A stretch of 64,000 bases of DNA from Ignavibacteria bacterium. GTDB lineage: Bacteria > Bacteroidota > Ignavibacteria > Kapaibacteriales > UBA2268. Location: assembly GCA_012518115.1 (NCBI GenBank), contig JAAYTD010000043.1, positions 25,211 through 89,210 of the forward strand, read 5' to 3'. Below are positions 9,855 to 19,918 of this stretch, piece after piece. The stretch's first letter is position 1. Every line of letters starts with the position of its first letter. A program made the translations under genes and the position numbers. Under the pieces are notes generated by a model, which was given only the letters and a program-made list of their open reading frames with translations, searched no databases and was not told where the DNA came from.

Positions 9855-9921
9855 TTCAGCAAATATAAATATTTTTTATTAATCCATTATTATATAGCAA
9901 AAAAATAATACTACTTTGAAT

Positions 9922-10164
9922 AAATTCTTCTCTTGAGAGTTATCCTAATTAACCCCGTATGAGTAACATTTTTTATTCGCACAACAGCAACACTAGTTAG
10001 AACCCAACGGGGTTTGTCGTTATTTTTTTTAATAGACTACCCCGTCAAGCTAGCGCTTGCCACCCCTTCGTTCCAAAGGGGAATTTGCAGCCCGACCTTT
10101 AGACAAGTTGAATTTTAAAAAATCATACTAATCCTACAAATCCCATAAATCACAGTTTAGACAA
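9922..10164. repeat. Cluster of degenerate REP-like palindromic elements
   Basis: GC-richer intergenic patch with AACCCCGT/ACGGGGTT inverted pair (9951-9958, 10007-10014), hairpins CAAGC-TAGC-GCTTG (10046-10059) and CCCCTT-N7-AAGGGG (10063-10081), and four AATC units at 9-10 nt spacing (10121-10151). Confidence 0.55.
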
Positions 10165-10202
10165 AAAAAGGTGCTTCTTTTTCTAAAAGAAGAAGCACCT
10201 TT
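10163..10202 (-). terminator. Rho-independent terminator of the M13 peptidase gene
   Basis: 13-bp perfect stem AAAGGTGCTTCTT/AAGAAGCACCTTT with a U-tract on the minus strand. Confidence 0.85.
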
Positions 10203-10230
10203 ATTTTTATAATTATTTCAGTTCTATTTA

Positions 10231-12288
10231 TTACCAAATAGCAATACGTTTTTCAGGAGCAAGGAACATTTTTCCATCAACAATATTGAAAGCGGTATAG
10301 AACTCAGGTATATTTGCTAACACAACATTCACGCGTGCATCGCCCGGCGAATGCACATCATCTTTTAATCGGCGCGCTAGTTCTTCAACTCTTATGTTTT
10401 GTCGCCATACTTGTGCATAAGACAAGAAAAAGCGTTGTGCAGGAGTAAATCCATCAATAGGTGCAACATCTTTTCCGTCTATAGCTTTATGGAATGCTGC
10501 AAGAGCAATAGTAACGCCACCTAAATCAGCTATATTTTCGCCCATTGTTAGTTCAGGATCTATATGAGCTGTTTCGCTTACTTCAGGATATTTGTAATTA
10601 GCCCATTGAACGCCGTATGTTTCTGCTTTTTTATTAAACTTTTCAGCGTCTTCTTTTGTCCACCATTCTGCTAAGTTCCCATTTTTATCAAAATTACGAC
10701 CTTGATCATCAAAACCATGTGTAATTTCGTGAGCAATAACAACACCTATTGCACCGTAGTTCACAGCATCATCAGCATCTTTAAAGAAAAATGGTGGCTG
10801 CAAAATTCCCGCAGGGAAAACTATTTCATTAGAATTCGGTGAATAGTAAGCATTAACTGTTTGCGGGCTCATATGCCATTTTTCTTTATCATAAGGTTTT
10901 CCTATCTCTGCTAACATTTCAGAATATTGGAACTTACTTGCATTTACTACATTTTGGCAATACTTATCAGGTTCGATATTTACAGAAGAATAATCTATCC
11001 ATTTATTAGGATAACCAACTTTAACGCCGATAGCTGCTAATTTTTCTTGAGCCTTAGCTTTTGTTTCTTCGCTCATCCAATCAAGTTGTTCAATTCTATC
11101 AGCAAACGCAAGTTTTACGTTTTTAATAAGTTCTTCCATTCTTGTTTTTGCTTCAGGTGGAAAATACTTTTCTACATATAACTGTCCTAAAGCTTCACCT
11201 AATGAACCACTAACAACGTTTAATGTTCGTTTCCATCTTTCGTCAAGTTTTTGTTTTCCTTGGAAAGTTTTTCCCCAGAAATCAAAGTTTTGATTTACAA
11301 AATCATCACTCAAATAAGCAGCTCTGTCTGTTATCAAATGCCATAAGAAATAATCTCTAAGCACTTCAGGTTTTGCACTCTTTACATTCTTAGATAGTGC
11401 TTTGAAAAATGGAGTTGAAGTAATATTAATTTCTGCTGGAGCAGGAATTTTCAAAGCAGCGAAGAATTTATCCCAATCAATAACCGGCACCATTTTTTTC
11501 AACTCAGGGATCGTAATTTTATTGTAGGTTTTAAAAGGATCACGTTGCTCTACTATGGTCATTGAACTATGTGCCAATTTCGTTTCAAAATCCATTATCG
11601 CTTGAGCGCGCGCGTTGCAATCTTCTTGTTTTACCAATTCAAACATTTTTGCAATATGAACAACATATTTTTCGCGTAACTCTTTAGAACGATCGTCTGT
11701 ATCAGTGTAGTAATCACGATTTCCTAATCCTAATCCACCTTGTCCAAGTTGAGCTATAACCATAGAGCTATTTTTATCATCTTGTCCTGCCCACATTACG
11801 AAAAGTGGCATAGTTGTTTCGGATTGTAACACATAAAATTGCTCCATAACTTCATCAAAAGTTTTAGCAGCAAGTATTTGTTGCATTTGAGCTTCTATAG
11901 GTTGATAACCTAATTTGTTAATTGTTACAGTATCCATTCCTGACTTAAAAAAATCACCTATTTGTTGTTTAGGTGTTCCTTTTTCGCCACTTTCTTTAGC
12001 AGCATTTTCTACAATCTCCTTTAGATTTGCATTCGTTTCCTCTTGCAAAATATTAAAAGAACCCCAACGGCTATGCTCATCTGGAATAGGAGTTGCTTTC
12101 ATCCAACCGCCATTAGCATATTTAAAGAAATTATCGCCCGGTGAAACAGTAGTATCAAGATTTGCTATATCAATAGCTTTAACTACTTTTTGTTCATCCA
12201 CCGACTTCTTGTCTTGACTGCAACCAATAATTGCAACTACAGAGACTAAGACCACTGTAGCTACCCAAATTAATTTTGATTTTAACAT
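10231..12288 (-). CDS. pepO: M13 family (neprilysin/PepO-like) metalloendopeptidase, lipoprotein
   Basis: Lipobox IIGC; VNAYY, FPAGILQPPFF, HEITHGFDDQG, GENIADLGG, HSP motifs. Confidence 0.92.
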   Translation of the reverse strand: MLKSKLIWVATVVLVSVVAIIGCSQDKKSVDEQKVVKAIDIANLDTTVSPGDNFFKYANGGWMKATPIPDEHSRWGSFNILQEETNANLKEIVENAAKESGEKGTPKQQIGDFFKSGMDTVTINKLGYQPIEAQMQQILAAKTFDEVMEQFYVLQSETTMPLFVMWAGQDDKNSSMVIAQLGQGGLGLGNRDYYTDTDDRSKELREKYVVHIAKMFELVKQEDCNARAQAIMDFETKLAHSSMTIVEQRDPFKTYNKITIPELKKMVPVIDWDKFFAALKIPAPAEINITSTPFFKALSKNVKSAKPEVLRDYFLWHLITDRAAYLSDDFVNQNFDFWGKTFQGKQKLDERWKRTLNVVSGSLGEALGQLYVEKYFPPEAKTRMEELIKNVKLAFADRIEQLDWMSEETKAKAQEKLAAIGVKVGYPNKWIDYSSVNIEPDKYCQNVVNASKFQYSEMLAEIGKPYDKEKWHMSPQTVNAYYSPNSNEIVFPAGILQPPFFFKDADDAVNYGAIGVVIAHEITHGFDDQGRNFDKNGNLAEWWTKEDAEKFNKKAETYGVQWANYKYPEVSETAHIDPELTMGENIADLGGVTIALAAFHKAIDGKDVAPIDGFTPAQRFFLSYAQVWRQNIRVEELARRLKDDVHSPGDARVNVVLANIPEFYTAFNIVDGKMFLAPEKRIAIW

Positions 12289-12520
12289 AATAATTTTTAG
12301 TTTAATTTTTAGTTTGATAAAATATTATTGAATATAACATATAAATATACGGAAAATTTATAAAATGTTAATGCTATATTTCTAAAAAACAAATAAATAA
12401 TTTACATTTCTTTTTTTACTTAATAATAATATCAAAAAATATTGTTATTTTTGTAACTATTGTTATTTTTAAAACTATAAAAGATAACTTTAATTATATT
12501 TATGCTGTGTATAATATAAA

Positions 12521-13648
12521 ATGCAACAAAACATGTTAAAAAAAATTATTTTTATATTATTTTTTACATCATCTTTCTATCTATGTTTCGCTGCCAATAA
12601 TTCTATTGATAGCCGTACTGCTTTAGCTATGTATAAGGTTGGTAATACTTGGCATTTAATTGATGAGAATGGCAAAGAACTTTTTTCCTCGAATAAAATT
12701 TTAGATATAGAACAATACAATGAAAATTTATTAGGTGCTTATGTAATTGAAAGAGGTTATGTTAGTTCCGTTTACTTTAACAATACAGGCAATATAGAAT
12801 TAAAATCGCCTACTAATCTCCCTTTTAATTTTCAGGATGGACTAGCTCTCGTTATGCAAATAAATGATACGAATAACAAAGACGTAAAATTTGGTTTTAT
12901 CAATAAAAGTGGTAAATTAGTTGTTCCTGTAAAATATCTTGATGTTATTCCTTTTTCTTGCGGTTTAGCTTATATTATGAATTTTGATGAGCGTGGTTAT
13001 ATCAATACGAAAGGAAAGTTTGTTATTCCTATGCAAAAAGGTTTCGCAGGCTATGGCTTTTCGGAAAATTTATCGCCTATTTCTGATGCTGACAAAGCTT
13101 TATTCGGTTTTATTGACACTTTGGGAAATTTAGTTATTGATTATCAATTTGATGAGGTAGGACAGTTTTCAGAAGGTTTATGTAAAGCTTACAAACGTGG
13201 AAATTTTGGTTATATCAACACGAAAGGAAATTTTGTTATAGCTCCTCAATTTGATGAAGCTACAGAATTTCAAGAAAATAGAGCTTTCGTTTCTATATTT
13301 AATTTTGAAAAAGATGCCCATCAATGGGGAATTATAGATAAAGATGGGACACATATAACACCTTATATTTTCGATAGATATAAAAGATATAGCGAAAAAA
13401 TTGCAGCTGTAAAATTAGGTGATTACTGGAAATATATCAAATATGACGGCAGCGATTTATCGGAAAAACAATATAAATTTGCAGGAAGTTTTAAAAACAG
13501 TAAGGCTTTTGTCGTTAATACTGATGATACAAAAATGTTTATAAATACCGAAGGTGAAACTATTTTTGAAATGCCTAAAAACGCAGAAGTTATCTTAGAC
13601 TGTAGAAATAACGAAAGATATGAAATGGAAATAAAAGAAACAAAATAA
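12521..13648 (+). CDS. WG-repeat-containing secreted protein
   Basis: Signal peptide; repeated (F/W)G(F/Y)I(N/D)xxGxxVI...FSEGL units. Confidence 0.85.
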   Translation: MQQNMLKKIIFILFFTSSFYLCFAANNSIDSRTALAMYKVGNTWHLIDENGKELFSSNKILDIEQYNENLLGAYVIERGYVSSVYFNNTGNIELKSPTNLPFNFQDGLALVMQINDTNNKDVKFGFINKSGKLVVPVKYLDVIPFSCGLAYIMNFDERGYINTKGKFVIPMQKGFAGYGFSENLSPISDADKALFGFIDTLGNLVIDYQFDEVGQFSEGLCKAYKRGNFGYINTKGNFVIAPQFDEATEFQENRAFVSIFNFEKDAHQWGIIDKDGTHITPYIFDRYKRYSEKIAAVKLGDYWKYIKYDGSDLSEKQYKFAGSFKNSKAFVVNTDDTKMFINTEGETIFEMPKNAEVILDCRNNERYEMEIKETK

Positions 13649-13654
13649 TATATA

Positions 13655-14476
13655 ATGATAGCGGATTTACATACACATACAATATATTCAGACGGATTAC
13701 TTACACCAGAAGAACTCTTTAAAAAAGCGCAAGAACATGGAATTAAAGCTTTAAGCATAACTGACCATGATACTCTTGAAGGAAATATAGGAGCTCATGA
13801 GCTAGCTAAAAAATATGATATCGATTTTATTGAAGGAATAGAAATCAGTTGTTTTGATTCACAAAACGAATATCATATATTAGGATACGGCATTGATATA
13901 TATGATCGTGAATTGAACGACCATTTGAACGACTTTAGACTAAAACGATTAGAACGTGCCGAAATTATGACAAAAAGGTTAAATAATTTGGGAGTAAATA
14001 TAAATTTTAACGACGTAGTGAACAAAGCAGGTGTGGCACCTATTACACGTCCTCATATAGCACAAGTAATCATGGACTCAGGGTATGTATCTTCTACAAA
14101 AGATGCTTTTAATCTTTACATAGGTGACAAAGGACCAGCTTTTGAAGTCAAAGCGGTTTTTCAAGTAGAAAAAGCAATTAAATTGATAAATGCGGCAGGT
14201 GGTGTCGCAGTTATAGCGCATCCGGGATATTCTGTAACACAAAAAAAATTATTTAAGTTTATAGAAACAGGATTAGATGGAATAGAAGTCCATCACCCAT
14301 TACATAACAAAAAATTAAGACGAGAATTTCATAGCATAGCAAATCAATATTGGCTGTTAGAAACAGGAGGTTCTGATTTTCACGGAGATAGACCAAACGA
14401 AATTGATATTTTCGGACGTGAAGGAGTACCTGTAATAACAATGCAACAAATTAGAAAAAGATTGATAAGACGATAG
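13655..14476 (+). CDS. PHP-domain phosphoesterase (TrpH/YciV-like)
   Basis: DLHTHT..SDG, ITDHDT, GIEIS, HILGY, RPHIA, AHP, GGSDFHG. Confidence 0.9.
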   Translation: MIADLHTHTIYSDGLLTPEELFKKAQEHGIKALSITDHDTLEGNIGAHELAKKYDIDFIEGIEISCFDSQNEYHILGYGIDIYDRELNDHLNDFRLKRLERAEIMTKRLNNLGVNINFNDVVNKAGVAPITRPHIAQVIMDSGYVSSTKDAFNLYIGDKGPAFEVKAVFQVEKAIKLINAAGGVAVIAHPGYSVTQKKLFKFIETGLDGIEVHHPLHNKKLRREFHSIANQYWLLETGGSDFHGDRPNEIDIFGREGVPVITMQQIRKRLIRR

Positions 14477-14495
14477 TCTTCTTTTACATAAAACT

Positions 14496-15386
14496 ATGAC
14501 ACTTATTTCAAAAAATGATCTTGCAAAACATGAACATGTAAGCGGAAGTAAAAGCGAACAATCTAATTTCAAATTCGCTTTTTATGTTATGGAAAAAGAA
14601 AAAAGAGAAGCTATCTTTAATATCTATACATTTTTTAGCTATCTTGATGATATTGTAGATAGTAGCAATAATAAGTCTGAAAAAGAAATAAATGAAAAAA
14701 AGAAACGATTAGAATGGTGGAAAAATGAAATTCAGTTGCTTTATTCGCAAGAAGCTAGTTTAACGCCTGTTACAAAAACATTAAAAAATATTATAGTAAA
14801 TTTCAAAATTCCTAAAGAATATTTTGAAACTTTAATAGACGGAATAGCTAAAGATTTAACAAAAAAAGAATATCTAACATTTGAAGAATTATTAAATTAT
14901 TGCTATGGCGTCGCTGCTGTTGTCGGAATAATTTGTACTTATATCTTTAAGGATACAAGTGAAGTTACACAAAAATATGCAATAAATCTTGGCTATGCTT
15001 TGCAATTGACAAACATAATACGCGATATAAAAGAAGATTTTGCAAGAGGTTATATTTATATACCTGAAGAAGATTTTGTAAAATTTAATTACTCTAAAGA
15101 CGAGCTCTCGAAAAATATATATAACGAAAACTTTGTCGATTTAATGAAATATCAACAAACAAGAGCTCTAGATTTCTATGAAAAAACAGAAGGAAAATTG
15201 ACTAAAGAACAAGCAAATAAGTTCCTTGCTGCAGAAATTATGAAAAACATATATTTTGAAATATTAAAAAAAATAGAGAAACAAAAATTCAATATTTTTC
15301 AAGATAAAATAAAAATTTCTTCAGCAAACAAAATATATATCGCAATAAAAACAATATTGAAAACATCTATATTTTCTAAAAATTAA
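14496..15386 (+). CDS. Squalene/phytoene synthase family protein (HpnD/CrtB-like)
   Basis: DDIVD, YCYGVAAVVG, ALQLTNIIRDIKED..RGYIYIP motifs. Confidence 0.85.
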   Translation: MTLISKNDLAKHEHVSGSKSEQSNFKFAFYVMEKEKREAIFNIYTFFSYLDDIVDSSNNKSEKEINEKKKRLEWWKNEIQLLYSQEASLTPVTKTLKNIIVNFKIPKEYFETLIDGIAKDLTKKEYLTFEELLNYCYGVAAVVGIICTYIFKDTSEVTQKYAINLGYALQLTNIIRDIKEDFARGYIYIPEEDFVKFNYSKDELSKNIYNENFVDLMKYQQTRALDFYEKTEGKLTKEQANKFLAAEIMKNIYFEILKKIEKQKFNIFQDKIKISSANKIYIAIKTILKTSIFSKN

Positions 15387-15438
15387 TAATAAACAATCAA
15401 TTTATAATTTGTAAAAACAAGCACGAAACTAAATAAAT

Positions 15439-16389
15439 ATGTATAAAAAAATAATCTTATTCTTAATATTATCGTTGAATTTTTATTTAATCAAAGCAAA
15501 CGAAATATCGCCTTATTCTTTTTTAAGAAATAGTTCTACTGCGAGAATTACAGGCTTATCGGGTGCAGTTGTATCTTTAGAAAATGATCCGGGCGCACTT
15601 TTTTTCAATCCTGCAACTTTGTATGTCGCTAATCATCGTAATATTAATGTAACATTTTTTAAGCATGTTCTTGATATAAATTCAGGCAATACGTCTTACA
15701 TACATCGCTTTGCTGACACTTCTTTAGGTGTTGTAGCTGCTTCGGCTGTTTTTACTAATTATGGAAGTTTTGACTATATAGACAATCAAGGTAATGCTAC
15801 AGGAAGAAGTTTTACAGGTAATTTACTTGCTCTTCAAGCTTCATATTCCAATATTATTGATGAAAACTTCTATTATGGTCTGACTGCTAAACTTATATAT
15901 AATTCTATAGAGAGCATGCGTGGCTTTGCTTTTGCTGTTGATGGCGGATTACTTTACAAATTAAGTGATAACAGAAGTGCTTTTGGAATTTCTATTTTAA
16001 ATGCAGGAACGGAAATTTCTAAAATGACAAATGAAACACATACGATGCCACTTGATATCCGTTTAGGTGGTAGCCATAGATTGCGAGGCTTACCTTTATT
16101 ATTCAACTTTAATTTTACACATTTAAATGAAAGTAGCAGTAATTTTATGTCGCGTTTCAAAAATTTTGCAGTTGGCGGTGAGTTATACTTTGGAGAATGG
16201 GTACAAGTTCGTCTTGGATACGATAATTATATAAGAACAAATGTTGCAGCAAAAGAAAATAAAGGATTATCAGGTCTATCTGCTGGAGTTGGTATAGTTA
16301 CAGACTGGCTAATGGATTTTTCTTACGGTATGGCAATTTATTCAAACGATTTATTTATTCATAGATTTAGTCTTGATTTTAATTTATAA
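15439..16389 (+). CDS. PorV/PorQ-family type IX secretion outer-membrane protein
   Basis: Signal peptide; FL...ARxxGLSGA, DPGALFFNPA, NYGSF, AVDGGLLY, VRLGY; beta-barrel-like C-terminus. Confidence 0.75.
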   Translation: MYKKIILFLILSLNFYLIKANEISPYSFLRNSSTARITGLSGAVVSLENDPGALFFNPATLYVANHRNINVTFFKHVLDINSGNTSYIHRFADTSLGVVAASAVFTNYGSFDYIDNQGNATGRSFTGNLLALQASYSNIIDENFYYGLTAKLIYNSIESMRGFAFAVDGGLLYKLSDNRSAFGISILNAGTEISKMTNETHTMPLDIRLGGSHRLRGLPLLFNFNFTHLNESSSNFMSRFKNFAVGGELYFGEWVQVRLGYDNYIRTNVAAKENKGLSGLSAGVGIVTDWLMDFSYGMAIYSNDLFIHRFSLDFNL

Positions 16390-16394
16390 AAATT

Positions 16395-17105
16395 ATGGAA
16401 GCAAAATATAAAAGAATTCTTCTAAAACTGAGCGGTGAAGCTTTAATGGGTAAAGATGAATTCGGTATAAACCCTAGCGCTATTATGCAATTTGCAAAAG
16501 AAGTATCCGAGATCCATGTTCTTGGAGTAGAAATAGCTATTGTTGTTGGCGGAGGAAATATCTTTCGAGGAATACAAGCCTCTTCTAAAGGAATAACAAA
16601 ATCATCAGGCGACCATATGGGAATGCTTGCAACTGTTATAAATGCTATAGCTTTTCGTAACACTTTAGAAAATATCGGAGTTGATGCACGAGTACAAACG
16701 GCAACTTTTATGCCTCAATTTGCCGAGCTCTTTTCTGAAAACAAAGCCAAAAAACATCTTGAAAAAGGAAGAGTTGTAATTTTTGCAGGCGGAACAGGAA
16801 ACCCATTTTTTACAACAGATTCAGCTGCAGCTTTAAGATCAATAGAAATTGAAGCGGAAATTCTTATAAAAGCTACTGATGTTGACGGAATTTACGATTC
16901 CGACCCCAAAAAAAATCCGAACGCTAAACTATATAAAAAAATTTCTTATCACGAAGTACTAGAAAAACAATTGCGAGTTATGGATTTAACAGCTATTACG
17001 CTATGTCAAGAAAATTCTTGCAAAATTGCTATACTTAACTTAAATAAACAAGGAAACTTAACTAAATTTATATGTGGTGAAAATATAGGCTCATTGGTTC
17101 TATAA
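16395..17105 (+). CDS. pyrH: Uridylate kinase
   Basis: RILLKLSGEAL, GGGNIFRG, DHMGMLATVIN, GTGNPFFTTDSAA, VMDLTA. Confidence 0.97.
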   Translation: MEAKYKRILLKLSGEALMGKDEFGINPSAIMQFAKEVSEIHVLGVEIAIVVGGGNIFRGIQASSKGITKSSGDHMGMLATVINAIAFRNTLENIGVDARVQTATFMPQFAELFSENKAKKHLEKGRVVIFAGGTGNPFFTTDSAAALRSIEIEAEILIKATDVDGIYDSDPKKNPNAKLYKKISYHEVLEKQLRVMDLTAITLCQENSCKIAILNLNKQGNLTKFICGENIGSLVL

Positions 17106-17155
17106 TAAAATAAATTGTTTTAGTATTGTAAACTTCTAATTAAAATTTAATAATT

Positions 17156-19018
17156 ATGTTTGATAATAGCATAGATAATAATATAAAATCTTCATATGTC
17201 TCAGATATAAAACAAGGATATATATTAAGTAAAATTATTCTAGATAAAAAAGATAAATCTAAAGTGTTAGATGGAATGATCCTTGATACAAATGAAAACT
17301 TAATAGAGTTACTTGATATTGCTGGAATAAGCGCAACTGATACTTTGAAAAAAGTTATGTCACATATGATAGATAGCCAATTTAAAGAATTTCTTGATTT
17401 ATATTCGAAAGCCGCTCTTGAAAAAAAACAAAAGAGCCTTATACAGTATTCTGAAAAGTTGAAATCTTGGATATCTATTGATATGATTTCTCCGCAGCCT
17501 GATTATGTTATGTTAATATTTACAGATGTTACAGACGAAATTAACAAAGAAAAGCATATTGAAAATCTTGTCAAATATCAAAAACAACTAGCCGAACTCT
17601 TTTTCAACTCTATTTCAGACATGTTACTTGTTGTTTCAAAAGATGAAAGAATCGTTTTTGCAAATAAAGCATTTTATGAAATAACTGATAATAAATATGA
17701 ACTAGGTATTAAATTAGATGAACTATATCCTAAAGAAAACAAACAAAAATTTAACAACATATTAAAAGAAATTAAAAACGAACTGGTTGAAACAAAAGCA
17801 CCTGTTTCAAAAAGAATTGATTGGTTTGAAGATGAAATTTCATATATAGACTTAAGTGCTAATCTTGAAGTTTGGAATAATGTTGAACATATTTTTCTTG
17901 TTGTATGCATAAGAAACATATATACGCTAAAACGTATAAAGGAGTTATTAAACTATCACTTTAATATGTCGCTTGAAAACATAGCAATGTTAGTACCTCT
18001 AGCAGCAGCTACTAAGCAAAAAGAAATTAAAGCTGATAATTTAATTATAGAAAAACTATCTCTTATAAACAAAGATATTGCAACAAATGCAACAGAAAAC
18101 GGTCTTACTTTTAAAATAATTTCTACAGATGATAATCTTGATTTAATTAAAGAAATAAAACACAAAAAAATTCTAAATAACATCCCAGCTACCTTGCTGA
18201 CAAATACAGGAATAGAAATCCCTATGATATATTCCGCTATAATTCTTAAACTTTGGGAAACAGAGTATTGTTTTATTGTACTTAAAGAAGCTAAAAAGAC
18301 TGAAAAAGACCTTGAAGATGCTCTTGAACAACAAAGCAATTTCCTTTCTATGGTAGTTCATGACTTGAAAGGCCCTATAGGCGGATGTGCGTCCTATATT
18401 AAAGAATTATCTGAAAATCTGCAACTGCTTTCGCAAGAAGAAATTGAAGAAAGAGTGGCATACCTTTCAACTTCTTCAGAAAATATATATAGATTATTAG
18501 AAGATTTATTAGAATGGTCAAGAATAGAATGCAAGACTGTAGATTTTAATTTAGATACAACTATACCACATATAATTGTTAATACAATTATAAGCACTAT
18601 GTTATTAAATGCTAAATATAAACATCTTAAATTAATCAATAATATCGATAGCAATCTCACCATCCAAGCTGATGCAAAAATGTTAAGTACAATTTTAAGA
18701 AACTTAATTTCAAATGCTGTAAAATTTACAAACAAAGATGGTAAAATCATAATAAGTCATACAGAAAACAAAGACTTTCATATAATAAGTGTTTCTGACG
18801 ATGGAATAGGGATGTCCGAAGATATAAAAAATAATTTATTCAAAAATCCTAGCTGTACATCACGTACAGGAACTGCTGGAGAAACAAGTACCGGATTAGG
18901 ATTAGTTATTTGCAAAGAATATGTAGAAAAACATGGCGGAAAAATCTGGGTTGAAAGTGAAGAAAATAAAGGAACAACTTTTTACTTTACTATACCACGC
19001 AAAGACGAAAAAATATAG
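17156..19018 (+). CDS. Cytoplasmic PAS-domain sensor histidine kinase
   Basis: No TM segments; PAS-like FNSISD..IVFANKAF; H-box VHDLKGP; RNLISNAVKF, DDGIGM, TGLGL boxes. Confidence 0.85.
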   Translation: MFDNSIDNNIKSSYVSDIKQGYILSKIILDKKDKSKVLDGMILDTNENLIELLDIAGISATDTLKKVMSHMIDSQFKEFLDLYSKAALEKKQKSLIQYSEKLKSWISIDMISPQPDYVMLIFTDVTDEINKEKHIENLVKYQKQLAELFFNSISDMLLVVSKDERIVFANKAFYEITDNKYELGIKLDELYPKENKQKFNNILKEIKNELVETKAPVSKRIDWFEDEISYIDLSANLEVWNNVEHIFLVVCIRNIYTLKRIKELLNYHFNMSLENIAMLVPLAAATKQKEIKADNLIIEKLSLINKDIATNATENGLTFKIISTDDNLDLIKEIKHKKILNNIPATLLTNTGIEIPMIYSAIILKLWETEYCFIVLKEAKKTEKDLEDALEQQSNFLSMVVHDLKGPIGGCASYIKELSENLQLLSQEEIEERVAYLSTSSENIYRLLEDLLEWSRIECKTVDFNLDTTIPHIIVNTIISTMLLNAKYKHLKLINNIDSNLTIQADAKMLSTILRNLISNAVKFTNKDGKIIISHTENKDFHIISVSDDGIGMSEDIKNNLFKNPSCTSRTGTAGETSTGLGLVICKEYVEKHGGKIWVESEENKGTTFYFTIPRKDEKI

Positions 19019-19119
19019 TCTTGAAAAATAATAAATATGTTTATAAATAAACTTTGCTGGAATGATGAGCATTGTACCACAGATAAAAATTAACACATTA
19101 AATCTATAAAGGAAAAGAT

Positions 19120-19917
19120 ATGAAAGACAATAAGAAAATTAAAGAAATTGCCATAAAATCTGCTTTGATAGCTGGCGAAATTTTACGAACTGGATTTGGA
19201 ACTTGTTTTAACATAGAGAACAAAGAAGGAAAAAATAATCTTGTTACAGAATATGATATTCGCGCACAAGAAGCGATAATTAAATCTATTAAAGCTGAAT
19301 TTCCCAGCCATATTTTTTTAGCGGAAGAAGAAAACGAAGATGTAAACTATGACCCTATCAACGTAACAGATGAGGTTCGTTGGATCATTGATCCACTTGA
19401 TGGTACTGTAAATTTTGCTCATTCTATACCTATTTTTTCTGTAAGTATAGCTGCTGAACTACATAATGAAGTTATTTGTGGTGTTATTTATCAGCCTCTT
19501 TTAAATGAACTTTTTGTTGCAGAAAAAGGGAAAGGAGCTCTCTTAAACGATCAACCAATTTATGTAACAAAAAATGCTGACTTAGACACTGCATTTTGCG
19601 TAACAGGATTTCCTTATTCTGTTGAATATATCAGTAGAACACTTAACTTTTTTACTCACTTCGTTAAAAACGGAAACCCAGTACGACGACTTGGCTCTGC
19701 TGCATTAGATTTAGCATACGTTGCAGCAGGACGCTTTGATTTCTTCTGGGAAGAAAGACTTAATCCTTGGGATGTCGCAGCAGGAAAATTATTAGTTGAA
19801 GAAGCAGGTGGCAAAATCACGCAATATAATGGCGAAAAATACTCTATTTTTGACAAAAATATAATAGCTACAAACGGTTTATTGCACAATCACTGTATCA
19901 ATATCTTAAACAAATAG
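19120..19917 (+). CDS. suhB: Inositol monophosphatase
   Basis: NLVTEYD, AEE, WIIDPLDGTVNF, RRLGSAALDL, PWDVAAG. Confidence 0.92.
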   Translation: MKDNKKIKEIAIKSALIAGEILRTGFGTCFNIENKEGKNNLVTEYDIRAQEAIIKSIKAEFPSHIFLAEEENEDVNYDPINVTDEVRWIIDPLDGTVNFAHSIPIFSVSIAAELHNEVICGVIYQPLLNELFVAEKGKGALLNDQPIYVTKNADLDTAFCVTGFPYSVEYISRTLNFFTHFVKNGNPVRRLGSAALDLAYVAAGRFDFFWEERLNPWDVAAGKLLVEEAGGKITQYNGEKYSIFDKNIIATNGLLHNHCINILNK

Positions 19918-19918
19918 A

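Noticed and set aside
10020-10110. GC-rich structured patch as a riboswitch or tRNA
   Set aside because: No cloverleaf, T-loop or recognisable riboswitch core; a partial second copy at 23520 fits a dispersed repeat better
10121-10164. AATC periodic units as a CRISPR array
   Set aside because: Units are 9-10 nt, degenerate, with no spacers and no cas genes
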